Shown here piece by piece: positions 26,442 to 40,157 of a stretch of 64,000 bases of DNA (position 1 is its first letter; the number at the start of each line of letters is the position of its first letter). The notes below the pieces were generated by a model. That model was not told where the DNA came from. It made no database searches and saw only the letters and a list, made by a program, of their open reading frames with translations. The stretch comes from Calcarisporiella thermophila CBS 279.70 (taxonomy: Eukaryota > Fungi > Calcarisporiellomycota). The DNA lies in the NCBI RefSeq assembly GCF_041956535.1, contig NW_027192194.1, positions 674,545 through 738,544 on the forward strand, read 5' to 3'. The position numbers were made by a program, and so were the translations under genes.

Positions 26442-29400
26442 TTAGTTTCCATTGGTATTGTCACCTGCTCCACCTATCTCTTCTTTTTCTAATTGGAAGG
26501 CTACCAGACTCTTATTTTCTGGAACTAAGTCGCCGACTTTGTAAAACACTTGCGAAATCTTCCCAGGGAAAGGTGATTTAATAAGATGCTAGAAAAGACC
26601 GCATGAATAGTTAGAGTTGCCCATTAATTCAGATGAAATCAAAACTTACCTCCATTTTCATAGCCTCTAAAATTATGAGCGGTTGATCCTTCTCCACTTC
26701 TTGACCCGGTTGTACAAGAATCTAATAAAATTACAAGTATAGTCGGATGCGCAAAAGTGGAGCTATCCAAGCGTATTTACCTGGGATATCTTACAGGGCA
26801 TGGGAGTTTTAACCGATCCGGCGACATCTGAACTGGTGGCACGGAGATAGGATGGCGTGGGGATGGATAATGTGGTTTTTCCCGTCTAAATAATAGAGAA
26901 GGTCCATCAAATTGATCGGAGGAAAAATAGAAAAGCAAACCATTTACCTCGCCAAACACGTGCACTTTTTCCTTATTCAAAACAACACGACTTCTCAATT
27001 GCCTGTCTGCAATATCTGTCACCAGCACTCCATCCTGCGCGCGTATTGTTGACCTTACACCCTCAAATGTTTGTGTCTTATCGTCCCAACTTACGGTAAT
27101 ATCCAATAATCCATCTTGTCGTGAGGTCACTTCAGTGACAATCTTCTTCGAAGTTTCTGCATCTTCAAAGGTGATTTGGCGGGTGTGAAGGAGATTAAGG
27201 CGGGCATTGGTTAGCTTGGTCCATGGAGAGTGGGGATCCAATGTACCAGCATTAGCTGATTCGAAAGCTTCAATATCCTTCAAGATAATAGAAAGCGCTG
27301 CCTGAGCCGCTACCTCTGGAGCAGGTGTACTGATCGGGGGGAAGAGCTCAGGTTCATGTTTCTAAGCAAAAATTGTTAAATTGTTTTATTGGCGATACAA
27401 TAGAGAGTTTGATGGGGTATTACCTTGATGAATCCCGTTTCGACATCACCATCTATAAAAGCGGGATGTGATGCCAACGTTTTAAGAAAATCTATATTAG
27501 TATTCAAGCCAACCACCTAACAAGGCAAAGGTAAATTAGTAAATCTTATTTCATAAATAGTATGACCTGTGTGCATACCTCATACTCTCCCAATGCCTTT
27601 CGCAGTATGCGAAGTGCTGCCGTACGGTCCTCGCCCTTGACAACAAGTTTGGCAATCATTGGATCATAATGCACGCTAATCTGATCTCCTTGTCCAAATC
27701 CTGTTTCCAGTCGGACAGTAGGAGAAGCCTCAGGTGTTCGGACATGTAGCAATGGTCCAGTGTCGGGAAGGAACCCACTAGATAATTAATTAGTTATTTC
27801 TATGAAAGGTTTCCTTTTTGGTATTAAGGATTGCCTACTTTCTAGGATTCTCCGCATATATACGAGCCTCAAATGCATGTCCATCTAATTTCAATTGCTC
27901 CTGTGTATAAGGCAATGGGTTTCCGGCAGCGACCTAAGAAAGAGCATATTATATGAGAAATTTGAACACAATAAGAACACCGCCATACAGCTTACTTCTA
28001 GTTGCCAGTGAACTAGATCAGTGCCTGTGACCATTTCGGTGACAGGATGCTCAACCTATTAAGAGTCTCCGTTTAAATTGAATCTGATGTTAAGCCAGAG
28101 TAATTTATACTAACTTGTAATCTAGTGTTCATCTCCATGAAATAGAATTTTTTCTCTAAATTGTCCATGATGAATTCTACCGTACCAGCCCCCAAATAAT
28201 TTACAGCACGCGCGGCATCCACAGCTTTCCGACCAAGTTCCATCCGTAACTCCTCCGATAAGCCAGGAGCTGGGGCCTCCTCTAATATTTTTTGGTGCCT
28301 ACGTTGAACCGAGCAGTCGCGTTCAAATAGGTGCACTGCATTTCCATGGCTATCTGCAAACACTTGGACCTCGACGTGGCGTGGAGTTGTTAGGTATTTC
28401 TCAATAAGAACCTTGTCATCACCAAATGACTTGGCAGATTCACGTTTTGCCGATTCAAGAGCAAAGTCAAATTCAGCGGGTGAATTAACGATGCGCATGC
28501 CTTTACCACCTCCACCTTTGATGGCTTTAATGAGAACCGGGTATCCAATGCGTGCGGCTTCTTCCTTGAGAAATCTGGGGTCTTGATTCTCACCATGGTA
28601 GCCAGGAACTACGGGAACATTAGCAGCTTCCATGATGATTTTAGATTCACTAATTGAGAAGAGGATAAATAACAACTCAGCAACCCTTTTTGATCTAAGA
28701 ACAACCTTTTAGATCCCATAGAACGAATCGCGCTGGCAGGAGGACCAATGAAAGTGATACCTTCCTTCATAAGTAAATCTGAAAACTCGGCATTTTCAGA
28801 TAAGAATCCATAGCCAGGATGAATGGCCTAAAAGAATTCTAATCAAAATGCTGAATTTCCCAATAAGTTAAATAATCTAAAACATACCTGAGCCCCACTA
28901 CGCTTCGACACATCGACAATCTTATCCATTCTCAAATAGCTTTCTGAGGACGCAGCTGGACCGAGCAAATAAGCCTCGTCGGCCTAGTTTGTATACACGA
29001 CATCAACAACTTCGTATATGAACATAGATGAAATTTGCGAGCGAATTACCATCTTGACGTGAAGAGCATCCCTATCCGGCTCGCTGTACACAGCTACAGT
29101 TTTTATCCCAAGCTTCTTTGCTGTCCTAATTACTCTACACGCAATTTCACCACTATACACCATAATACAGGGTATGAATGATCTCATCCTTAAAATAAAA
29201 AGAATAGGATATGGGGGAGGGAATACCGATTTGCGATAAGTATTTTATCGAATAGTGGTTTACGAACTATGGAAAGATTAAAAAACAATGTCAATAAACA
29301 CAAACAGGAAGCATTATGGATCCTTAGGATGCCTCAGCTCTGCTAACCCTCCAGTCGTCCTTAACTCTTACAGTAGAAATTTTTAAGGATGCTTACCTGT

Positions 29401-29502
29401 CACACCTGATGAGTAACGCGTCCATATACGATTTGTACTGATGTTTATGATTCTTGGATGAGCAGCGCGGATTGTTCGCGCAGAATTAAGTAACATTGCC
29501 AT
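26442..29502 (-). CDS. MCCC1: 3-methylcrotonyl-CoA carboxylase alpha (biotin carboxylase + biotin carrier), mitochondrial
   Basis: Basic presequence; [16 protein letters not shown]; [18 protein letters not shown]; [18 protein letters not shown]; [16 protein letters not shown]; [12 protein letters not shown]; EAMKME biotinylation motif. Confidence 0.93.
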
Positions 29503-29712
29503 TGAAAGTCGAAATGCTACAACAGAAACAACTCAAAGGAACGCGGGGGGACGTGGGAAATTTTTTTATTGAGTGCTGCGGACTCTGGGTCATAATTTCT
29601 TGTTTCACTTCGTGAATTTTCTTAATCTTTTTTTATGTTGAATTGCCCCTCATTTTATTTCTATATTTTTTGTACGCTCCTTTGAATGTTTAAACGAGAA
29701 GATGAGAAAATT

Positions 29713-30718
29713 ATGCCTTTCGGTGTATTGAGTATGCAGCACATAAAGCCATGATTAGCAATATTTTCTAACCAATGTAAATTCTGATTCTGCATTCTAC
29801 TTAGTGCCAAACGATCCTTATATTCGGCTACGACGCCCTCCGCGAGGGCTATTTGTTAGAGCAGAAGACCCTAACAAGTGTATAAAAGATAAAGACTGCC
29901 CACCTCCTCAATGTCCTTCTTGTCCTCAGGACCAAAAATGTGTCCTTGTTACCCGTTCGTGCAATTTGTGCGCGTCGGCCAAGTGTGTGCCTTTAGCACA
30001 AATCGCCGATGTTTCCACTGGTCCTCAGGGTGGAAATAATACAAACTGGACATTAATTGGAGGTGTGATTGGCGCTATTGGCTTTGTCGTCTTACTTGTT
30101 GGAGTTCTTTTGTATTTTTGGCGCAAAAAAACGCGAGGCACAAATGTAGTTAATTCGAAAAATCTGAATGATAATGGCAGGCCATTAGAAGAGGTCAGTA
30201 TTACTAGCTAATTCCAGCATATTTCAATCTGCATAACTATATAATATATATTTCTTTAGATTAGAGCTGGTCCTCTATCTCAAAATTATGATATACCAAC
30301 CAATGACGAAATTGGCCCACGAGCAACAATTATTAAAACGGCGAATCGCGTTAACCTTGGAGAGAGACGAACGTCTGATAAGGGTGGCGATCCGTTGTTG
30401 GTGACACGTGCACGCCCTAAGCTAGTACGGGTTGTCTCCAAACGTAAACCCAAAACGGAACCCGGTGTAGAACTGGTAGACTCAAAAGACTACGCATCTG
30501 GTATGAGTAGTACTATTGAACCAGCAATATTAATGAATGGAGTGCCCACGAATGAGGGTAATGATATCCCGCAATCCCTGAATGCAGAAAATGAAAATTC
30601 TACAACCAAGGATGAATATAGCCCAATCACTATTGCTTTCGATGGAGATGATTCCAAGGCGTTGATCCAAACAACCTCGGCAAATGCGAACCAAAGCAAT
30701 ATGGACAAGAAAACCTGA
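29713..30718 (+). CDS. OPY2: Opy2-like membrane anchor (Cys-rich ectodomain + single TM), 3 exons
   Basis: CIKDKDCPPPQCPSCPQDQKCVLVTRSCNLCASAKC 8-Cys domain, TM IGGVIGAIGFVVLLVGVLLYFW, then RKK. The start at 29713 is inferred from intron gtatgc...ttag. Confidence 0.75.
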
Positions 30719-31323
30719 GGCATAAATAATTCAAATTAATAGCATATCTCCGTAGATACGTACTCAAATACTCTGGTTGAAAAATTTATCATTTTTGTAT
30801 CACTATGTGTTCATTTATTTATGCAATGTGCTATTTCTACCCTTTTCTCATTTTATTAACACGGCCTTCATGTTATGATCAGCTTCGCCTCACTTTTACA
30901 TTATTTATTCAAACACCTAAAGTAAGATATAATAAGTACTCCATAAAATGCATTCATTCAAGCTCCAGCTCTTATCTCACCTCTCCTGAGCTGACTAAAT
31001 TTCTCGGGGTAAAATCAGCAGGATTGTGCTTAAGATATACATTTGTGAGCGTATATTAACGAGATATCCTCGGTATATAGACCATCATCTATTGACTAAC
31101 TCTAGCAGCGGATCAAGTCATCAGAGCAATACCAACCCTTGAATAAGTCGCGAAAAGTGAACTCGAATCTATCCTCCCTAAAACATATACTAATTCATAT
31201 CCAACTAGAGTGGGCTTTTATATGATAATTTAGCTTTTTTATTCGATTTTATCTATTACATAGAGTGAATATATCAATAGGAATAGCGAACAAGTGCCAT
31301 TTTAATATACATGCAAAGAACAT

Positions 31324-31835
31324 CTACGACTTCATCACATTATCCGGTACACCTTCGGGCCGTGGAACCCGCTTACTCTCCCATGAATCCAGCTCTTCTT
31401 CGTGTGCTTGGAGTCTCTAAAAGAATGATTAGTTATTAAAATAATGTACTAGAATATTACTAGAGCTTTACCCAATATTCTTCTTGTAAACTTAGGCGTC
31501 GCTTGCCTTTGCTCATGTTGAGTTCATCTTCTTTCTTCAACTAGCGGAGGCAAAGAGATAAAATTAATAAATGTCAAAAAGAGCCAACATCATATTACCC
31601 ATTAATTCAATTGTTTTCATGTAATTGATTTTTTCAATATCGGTGTGGATCTTACCTGAGTTACACGATGCTCATGATGCTCGTATCTTGTCTTGGTGAA
31701 CTGCTGTAAACCAAATGATCCAACCACAAGAACTGTAATAAATGGAAGCCCAAAAAAGACGAAAGGCCGGCGCTTGATAAACGAGTTGAGACCTCCTAAT
31801 TTTGGATTAAGCGGCCGACTTTCGAACGTTGGCAT
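31324..31835 (-). CDS. COX16: Cytochrome c oxidase assembly protein Cox16, 3 exons
   Basis: PFVFFGLPFITVLVVGSFGLQQFTKTRYE...LSLQEEYWRL...DSWESKRVPRP. Confidence 0.93.
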
Positions 31836-32023
31836 TCTTTAAAGATCTGTATTGAAGTTCTGTTTCCACTCCAACGCTTTTAACAATTTAACAGTCACTA
31901 TATACAATCTTAATTAAAGCAGGCATGCTGAGTTGTCTTTTCGAGATTCAGATATTCTCAAAAATATTAGTAGCTCTTGAAGTAGCTCATGTGATGACCC
32001 ATTTATAAAAGTCTCAGTAAATC

Positions 32024-32312
32024 ATGTCATCTCCAGTCCAATACAAATATTTGATCTCAAGGTAAAGCTTTTTTCATGTACGCTCCAAACGCCGTTATCT
32101 TGTGTTTTTCCTAATCTATTCCTTTAATTTTTTTTATCTTAATTAATATAACAAATAGATCTGGAGACATTGTGTTCTCGATAGTTGTCGGGGTAGGAGC
32201 GTATTTCTTATATGAGCGAGACAACCCACGCCCTGAAGGCCGCAGCCTGGTAGAATTACTAAGAAGAAAAATATCTACTCGAAAACCAGAGAATGTCGAT
32301 GAGAATAAATAA
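32024..32312 (+). CDS. NCE101: Non-classical export protein 1 family microprotein (~63 aa), 2 exons
   Basis: Exons 32024-32061 and 32159-32312 give MSSPVQYKYLISRSGDIVFSIVVGVGAYFLYERDNPRPEGRSLVELLRRK..., matching the Nce101 pattern (D...G..aY..YER...RP.G..L.EL). Absent from the ORF track. Confidence 0.85.
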
Positions 32313-32524
32313 ACTTTGATGGTTTATTTTATAGTTTGTTCAGGGTTTCATCCTCCTTATTCCTGACTCTTACTTGTACAAAATAACCACAAATATTGAG
32401 AAAATATTAGAGCCTGAAACATTAATGGTTTATTAGTATTATTAACAAGTAAGCGGAAATGATATAGAACAACAGGGTATATAAACATAGCAATAATAAC
32501 AATTGCAGCGAAGTGGTATAGATG

Positions 32525-33967
32525 TCAGTCGTCTTTCAACGCATTTAGACGATTTAATCTTTTCACATAGCGTCCATATGTGCTACCTCCAGTGAAAACA
32601 AAGAATCTCCCATATGATGCAATCAACGCGTCCACCATCGGCATAAGCCGCCCGCTGGGTATATCGTCACTGTGAATTTTTAGAATATCCTGAGACATAT
32701 CGTGTAGGGTAAATGTACACGGGAATTCTTCCACGATTGGACGGAAAGTAGTACGAACATGTGGGCTCTCCGGTGAGTCTGTGGCCATGAAGACAAGCGA
32801 CCAGCGACCATAATATCTGGCGTTCCTTTTACATTCCTCCAGGTTCGGACGAGTTCCGATGGCTGGCAAGGGGGGCGGCTCTTTCTTGATTTTGGATTTC
32901 CGTCGCCCTATTACCTTTTTCAGCTTATCGCGCAACTCCAATAAGTTCTCTCTCTCGTGCACTGCGTAATAACCGTCGCCAATCCGCGCTTGCACCGAAA
33001 CAAACTCGTTGCCCAACAGGGTAACAACACGTTTTGCCGCAGCTATCACTTCGGGATGGCTAAAGACAATGGTCTCCTGTATAAGGTCGAACATTGCCTT
33101 ACTCTCTGGTAAATTCATCGTAACACGCTCGGATCCAAACAAGGAACCAAATCGTACTAACTTCGCCGAGTGCTTCCTCAAATCCTCGGCCATTAAGCGA
33201 ATCAAGTAGGGCTTCAGTCGTTGCTGGTCATTCCTCTCATATTGGTCAAATATTTTGTAATCTTTTCGAGTAGCATCGTGTAGCATTAGCACTTCCGTTT
33301 TCTCGTCCTTGATATCAAGCATGCGGTTAAGATCTGCCCGCGCATCATCTAGAAATATCATGCGCACTTTTTTCTCGATTGCGTTGAAATTAAGGAGTTT
33401 GTTGAATGGAACATAAAAGACCTTGTTGGTGATGGATTTACAGGGTCGACTCGGTCGAAGACTCAAGCAATCGTCATAGCCGTTTTTTAAGAAATCGAAA
33501 GTGCGAAAAGGTATTGCCCTACCAAGATTGGCCGGAGGGACAATGAGGGTGCGATTTAGCATGTATGCAATGCGAATTGCGTTTTCTATAATGTAAACGA
33601 ATGTTAATCTTGTCCCAACCTTACTGAGTAGATATTTGGGAAAGTACTGACCCAAAGCACCTCTTTGATTATGGAATCCCGAATGTAGATAAAAGGTAAC
33701 AAACTTCTCCTCACTCTGCCCAGGAGAATTGACCGTTTTTTCTATATATTTTGCTGCTGGGCGACCGTGGTCTACTAAAGTATAAATTTAGTGAAAGAAG
33801 AATTCAATGCTAATTCAACCATGCGCACCCATCCATCGCGTTGCTCTGAGAATGACAAGCGGTGTTACCGCTGTGCTCTCAAGGGTGATTTGATAGAAGA
33901 GCGAGAGTGTTAAGAGCACGAAGAGGACACACCAGGTAAATATTTGCCTATCTCTATGTACACCCAT
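32525..33967 (-). CDS. CigA-like / O-fucosyltransferase-family glycosyltransferase, type II membrane protein, 3 exons
   Basis: N-terminal TM; EKFVTFYLHSGFHNQRGALENAIRIAYMLNRTLIVPP; FGSLFGS; VQARIGDG; VFMATD; VDALIASYGRFFVFTGGSTYG. Confidence 0.8.
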
Positions 33968-34765
33968 TACCAAGCTACTATCGAGGATAACTTAAGAAAA
34001 AGTTATGAATTGGAAACGGGAGAACGGAATCAATAGAGGGCCAGTCTGAAATTGTGTCGAGGAATGGAACAATAAATGGGTGAAAGCTGAACAAAGAATT
34101 CGAACAACTATTTTGCAATAAAAAATGGATGGGTGGGTATAATTCTAAAAGCCATCACAAGAGTAATCGTAAGACCGCGGTAAAGGAAGAAAGGAAGATA
34201 AGGAGAGGGGAAGATGAATATAAGGAAATATAGCCATCCAGAAATGGAACACGCGAATATATGGTTAAATTTAAGTTGGTTTTTCCTCTTCGAGCCGCAT
34301 ATTTTCATTCCACGCTTATTTCTTTGGCAAGTCACAAAACTACGGCATGTGATCGGAATGCACCGAGGCCCTGGCTTTAATATAGGGAAAGTTGTTTTTT
34401 GAATGGGAGATCTCATTGTTTTAAGGCATTTTGTTGACTCCAGTCATCCTTTTAATAAATCTAGAGGACCTCTCCGTAAATATCGATGCATTTTAAAGAA
34501 TGCCATTTTTTTTCCTCAAGTATTCACTTTTTTATGTCTAGTGATTATGAAACACGACTGGCCGATGAAACATTAATGCTAAAATTTTCAACTTTTGACC
34601 AACGAATACAATGTAGCTAATAGTTTGGTAACCATCGGAAATACGAAAATTGGATGAACATCAATTTTCCAACTCATTGTGTGTATATCGGTCTATATTA
34701 GAGTGGTTGTGATTGAGGTAGAAATTGGAGATATAAAAGCACATGTCTACACACGGTTAATGAAA

Positions 34766-36139
34766 TTAATCTAGCGGAAGGCCGAGTATGCGAAGTGCAT
34801 CCTGTACTGCCTCCTTAGGTCCACTATGTTTTGTTTTCTCGTCACTCAGCTTCACGACGGGAATTCCGCGGCACTCACTCAGCTTGATCACAATGTTCAT
34901 TGGGACACTTTTTCCTCCCCCCTTTCGCTCAAAGTCATTTGTGAAATTGGTACCAATACCAAATGCGCACTTTACACCGGATGAGTCACAATGTTCTTTC
35001 AGCTGAATGGCTAGCTCTGGAGTGAGTGAATCCGAAAACATAATAACCTTCTGCGATGCATTTATCCCTAGGGTCCGATAGTGCTCTACGACACGATCTA
35101 CGAACCCAAACGGGTCGCCACTATCATGGCGGACACCACTAAAGGCATTGGCAAGCTTGCCTCCGAAATCACGGAAAAAGACCTCAGTTCCAAACGTGTC
35201 TGTTAGCGCAATTCCCAGCTGTCCCTTGTAGGTATCGTGCCACTTCTCTAGAGTGAGTCGATTTGCATTAGCTACTCCCTCAAGTGCGCTCACACCCATA
35301 AAGAGTTCATGTGCCAGAGTTCCGACAGCAGTAAGGCCATATTTGTGCGCAAAGTGGACATTGCTTGTCCCCACCAATTTTCCTTGGCTGCCTGGATTTT
35401 CAAGTAAATGCTCCTTATTTGCACGAGCTAATACGCGTACTACAATATCCTGAGTGTAATAGTCGCGGCGCCGGCGAGTTCCAAATTCACTGAAAACACA
35501 TCCATGCTGCAAGAGCTTCATTGCCTTTGCCTTTGCCCTGCTCTCCTGACCATCATAGTTCCAATCAAGGTCAACGAAACGGAAGTAAGCTTCGCTGACT
35601 AGAGCGAGCAGAGGTACTTCATATAGAATAACTTCATGCCAAAATCCTTGAATGTTTAGCTGGAGATCTCCATCGCTATCCAAACTTATATTCACTTGTT
35701 CTGCTGGCCGATAACGGAATGACTGCAGAAATTCGAGATATTCTCTAGAAAAAAAGGAATATCCTTCAAGAAATTGGCGCTCGTCCGCTGTAAGACTTAA
35801 TTTCTCAAGGCCTATTAAAGTTGAAATTAAATAGAACCAATATAAGCAATTTAGAAAAACAATATAATATTTAGGACAGAAATGCCCAGAATCTATGTAT
35901 CGAAGATACTAACCTTGAATCCGCGACTTTAGCCATTCTATCGCAGGCTCATTTAGTCTGATAGTTGGCGATCTATTTTTGAATCGGTACTTTACGGGAA
36001 TGTCACGAAAATGGATGAACACAAACTGCTGCATGGTAAATTTATAAAGATCATTATCGAGAATCGAGAAGGGGATATCCTGATTTGTCGGCAAGGAATG
36101 AATGCCATTATTTGCATTTGTAGTAAGGTCCTGCATCAT
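34766..36139 (-). CDS. NPT1: Nicotinate phosphoribosyltransferase
   Basis: SILDNDLYKFTMQ; ILYEVPLLALVSE; FSEFGTRRR; GTSNV; GTLAHE; LTDTFGT; GVRHDSGDP; FGIGT; NIVIKL; KLSD. Confidence 0.97.
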
Positions 36140-36350
36140 TGTTAAGGGTCTGAATCTTCGCTTCCAGTGCAGCAATCTTTACAGGTGCAGAACGTACGTA
36201 TTAGTCGCGCCACGAAAGGTCTTTTTTTATATTGGTAAAAATTACTATTTTTTTTTGTTGTCAGCCTGTAAGATTTAACCCTAATATAATAATTAAACTG
36301 TGCGGGGGTCGAACGCTCTATGACTTTTCTTCAGTTTTCTCCTATATTCA

Positions 36351-37942
36351 ATGGATGCATCGAAAATAACGCGCATCGTTTTCATCGCACTTGTTCTCGA
36401 TATTCTCGCATTCACCATTATTCTACCCTTATTTCCACGACTCATTCACTTTTATAACTTTTCAGAAGATAAGGTATACAAGTGCTGATTAATATTTACT
36501 GACATTTCAACTCTAGCGAAATTGACCTCGATGTAACTCCTCTCTACCTATTTAGAGCTGGCTATTGGAATGGTCGCTAAAATGTATGGCTGAGTTCCGT
36601 CGTTTAGTTGGGAGATTTGTCCCTGTTTCGTCTTCATGGGACACCGTCTTATTAGGTGGGGCGCTTGGCTCCCTGTTCTCATTTCTACAGTTCCTCATAT
36701 CCCCTGTAATCGGCTCTCTATCGGATCGTTGGGGCAGAAGGACTGTTCTGCTTTTCTCCATGGTAACATTTCGCTTTATTTTTTTTTCTTTCTCATGGAG
36801 AAAAGAGCCCTGGCCATCTATTTTTTTTTTCTATTCCTTGGCATATTTCTAACTCTATTTCATCTTTCTAGCTGGGCAATATTGCATCCAGTTGTCTTTG
36901 GATGACTGCAAAGACATTCGAACGCTTTGTACTCGCCCGTGTTGTTGGAGGTTTGAGCGAGGGAAACGTTCAACTTTCCATCGCTATCGTATCGGATGTT
37001 ACGACCAAAGAGACACGTTCACGGGCGGTTGCCCTTGTTGGAATTGCCTTCGCGATATCTTTCACCATTGGTCCTGCAATAGGTGCATATTTCGCCTCCA
37101 AGGATATTTCGAGCGTACACCCCAAACTCATTGAGTGGGGGTTCAATCCATACTCCACTTCAGCCTTGATCTCCTTGATTCTCCTCATCATCGAAATCAT
37201 GTTTATTTATATCTTCCTCCCTGAAACCGCAAACATATCCCGAAAACAGGAGTCGGGCTCCTCCAAGTCCACTGAAAAACACCCTCAACTAAGTGCTACG
37301 GAAAAAAACAAGCGTATTGATAATCTTCGGGTTCTCTCCGCTCTTCACTTCGCCTTCCTCTTTATTTTCTCTGGGATGGAGTTCACGATAACCTTTCTCA
37401 CGTTTGATCTCTTTGACTTCACTCATATGCAGCAAGGGAAACTCTTGGGATTTATAGGGATTCTTTCTTCTCTGTTCCAGGGGGGATATGTGCGCAGAAG
37501 AGCACATAGTGTAGGAGAGAAGAGAGTTGCCTTACAAGGGATGGCATCATGCGCGCTTGCATTGGCGTGTATAGCTGGAGTTGCAGCTTTTCCTAGTCTT
37601 GGCCTGCTTTATACGGGGGCTGCCCTGTTGGCCTTCACCTCAGCAAGCGTTGTGACCTGCCTCACTGCTCTTGCCTCATTACAATGTGACGGGTTACAAT
37701 CAGGTGCGGAAGATGGAAGAAAAGGAGCAACCCGATATGCAGGCGCAGGGAGCACTTTAGGAAAGTTCCGCTCCTGGGGTCAGCTTGGCCGTGCACTGGG
37801 ACCCATCGCTGCATGCTCTCTCTACTGGCTCCAAGGGCCAATGCGATGCTATGGCATTGGTTCCCTATCCATGGCATTAATTGCCAGTCTATTTTCCAGA
37901 GTTCTAGTTGATATTGATACTAAAAAGAAAAAAAATGTTTAG
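36351..37942 (+). CDS. MFS transporter, MFSD10/tetracycline-efflux-like, 3 exons
   Basis: VFIALVLDILAFTIILPLFP; GGALGSLFSFLQF; GSLSDRWGRR; GGLSEGNVQLS; FSGMEFT; LGKFRSWGQLGRALGP. Confidence 0.92.
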
Positions 37943-38342
37943 ACCATTTCTTCAACTAGTCATCTATTAATTTATATTCTACTGTTCTTTTTCATGGCAC
38001 ACTATCAGCCCGCAATATAAATAGCATTCTTCTTTCTTAAACTGGAGGATCAGTTTGAGTATGTTGGTATTATAATACAAAATACATTCTTAGTAGATAT
38101 GTATGAAAGGTAAAGAAATCGTAAGCCATATGATCAGAATGTCACTCGAATAAACAATGCAAGAAAATGGTGATTATTTTATTGAATTTGTCAACAAAAA
38201 TTTGCACCAGTCAAGGGTTGCATTCAATAAATAGAGTAAAAAAACTAAACATAATAGGAGACATAAAACGAAACATCAAGTATCCAGTAGAGAGGTGATA
38301 TACCAAGAGTATTGGATTCATTACACATTCGCGTTTGTATTT

Positions 38343-39616
38343 CTACCCCAATTCGGGATCCACTTCTCCCTTCTCTTCTCTTGGTTTGTACTTGTCTTCA
38401 TCCGCTTGGATCTCTTTCCGCCAGCCCCATCTTTTGCTTAACCAAAGAACAAGGTATACAAGCCCGATCAATACTGGCACTTCGATCAATGGTCCTACTA
38501 CCGATGCAAGTGCCTCTTCAGAATCAATCCCAAATGTTGCTACAGCTACAGCGATTGCCAGCTCGAAATTGTTACTTGCGGCAGTGAATGTTTGCGTGAC
38601 GGCAACTTCATATTCTGCGCCAAGACACATCCGCAAGAAAGATAAAGTTAAGAAGAAGATGATAATAAAATAGGCCAGTAGCGGAACAGCTACACGCACC
38701 ACTGGAACGATATTTTCAATGACCTGTCGGCCTTGCATGCCAAACATAATGACAATCGTGAAAAGGAGTCCAAGCAGTGCGGTGGGCCCAAAATAAGGAA
38801 GGAAGCAGGTGTTGTACCAACGACGTCCAGCGATGGAGAGAAGAACAAATCGTGTAATGACCGCGGCAGCCAATGGTATCCCAAGAAAAATGAGAACAGA
38901 ACGAGCAACATCCCACACACTAATGAATCCGACCAGTTTATCAGGAGTAGCGCCGAACCAAGAAGGCACAACATTAAGATAGAAATAAGCAAACGGACTG
39001 TAAAGGGCTATCTGTAGTAGAGAATTGATAGCCACAAGGATAGCGCAATACTCGGAGTCTCCACCAGCGATTTGATTCCAAATGAGAACCATCGCAATAC
39101 ATCGTGCCAACCCCACTAGTATCACACCATTCCGATACCCGGGCAAGTCTGGCAAGGTAGCCCAAGCCAAGGCAGTCATGATCGCAGGCGCAATAATCCA
39201 ATTTAGAGTAATTGAGATAGCAAGCTGCTTCCAAATGGAGCGGGATATCAAGATTTGCGGGAGGAGTTCGAATTGAACCTTACAAAGTATCGGATACATC
39301 ATCCAGAGAAGTCCGATGGCAATGGGGATGGATATACCGTTGAGTTGGAGATGATTGAATGCGTCGCCCATGCCAGGTACGAAATACCCCAATAAGATGC
39401 CTAGAGCTATGGCAAGAATAATCCAAAGGGCTAGCAGACGATCTAGCCACGATAAACCCCGTATGACATTTGTTCCGATTGTTCCTAATATCATAGAGAG
39501 GGAAAAAATGAACGAGAAATTATTATAATTGGATAGTGGGCTAAATTCATACCTTTCTTATCGAATCTCTGGCTGACAGCACCGCTACACGATGCTCGAG
39601 ATGAGGATAAGTCCAT
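38343..39616 (-). CDS. ACR3: Arsenite efflux transporter Acr3 (Arr3), 2 exons
   Basis: LSWLDRLLALWI; PIAIGLLWMMYPILCKV; GLARCIAMVLIW with the conserved Cys; SNNFELAIAVA; GPLIEVP. First exon MDLSSSRASCSGAVSQRFDKK|gtatga. Confidence 0.96.
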
Positions 39617-40157
39617 TCTTGTTGAGGAAGTGATATTGTTTTCGTGCGTATTTTCCATAGCTATTTCTGGAACAGAGTTTTGAATGAGAGGGGTGAATTA
39701 GCAGCGAATTCATTTTTCACACAAGCTTACCATCTAATTTTCGGCACCTGCTCGCATAGCAGAATTGCAATTACCTTCGTTTATTATTTTGAATCCTCGT
39801 TTTCAAGTAGTTGCTCTATGAATTGTCTCTATATAAATAAAGTGGAAATCCTTAAATATCAATATATGGTAATTGACAAGCGTTAACGTTATAATTAGTT
39901 AACTATTGGTCGAGAGCATGCTAACGAGAGATCGATTTTGTGATTGGTGGGGATGACAGTTTTGATTGATATTAAGCCCATGATTATAGATCGATCTCTT
40001 CTACATAAAAACCCATACGGTGAGTGGCAAAATTGGACAACTCAAAAGCTTTCTGTGGCTTTATTCAAATAACGCAATTTACCATTGGTATTTCTCAATA
40101 TTGCAATAATATTTAGAGGCTCTCCTTAGTCCTGATCCTTATTCATCGTTTCATACC

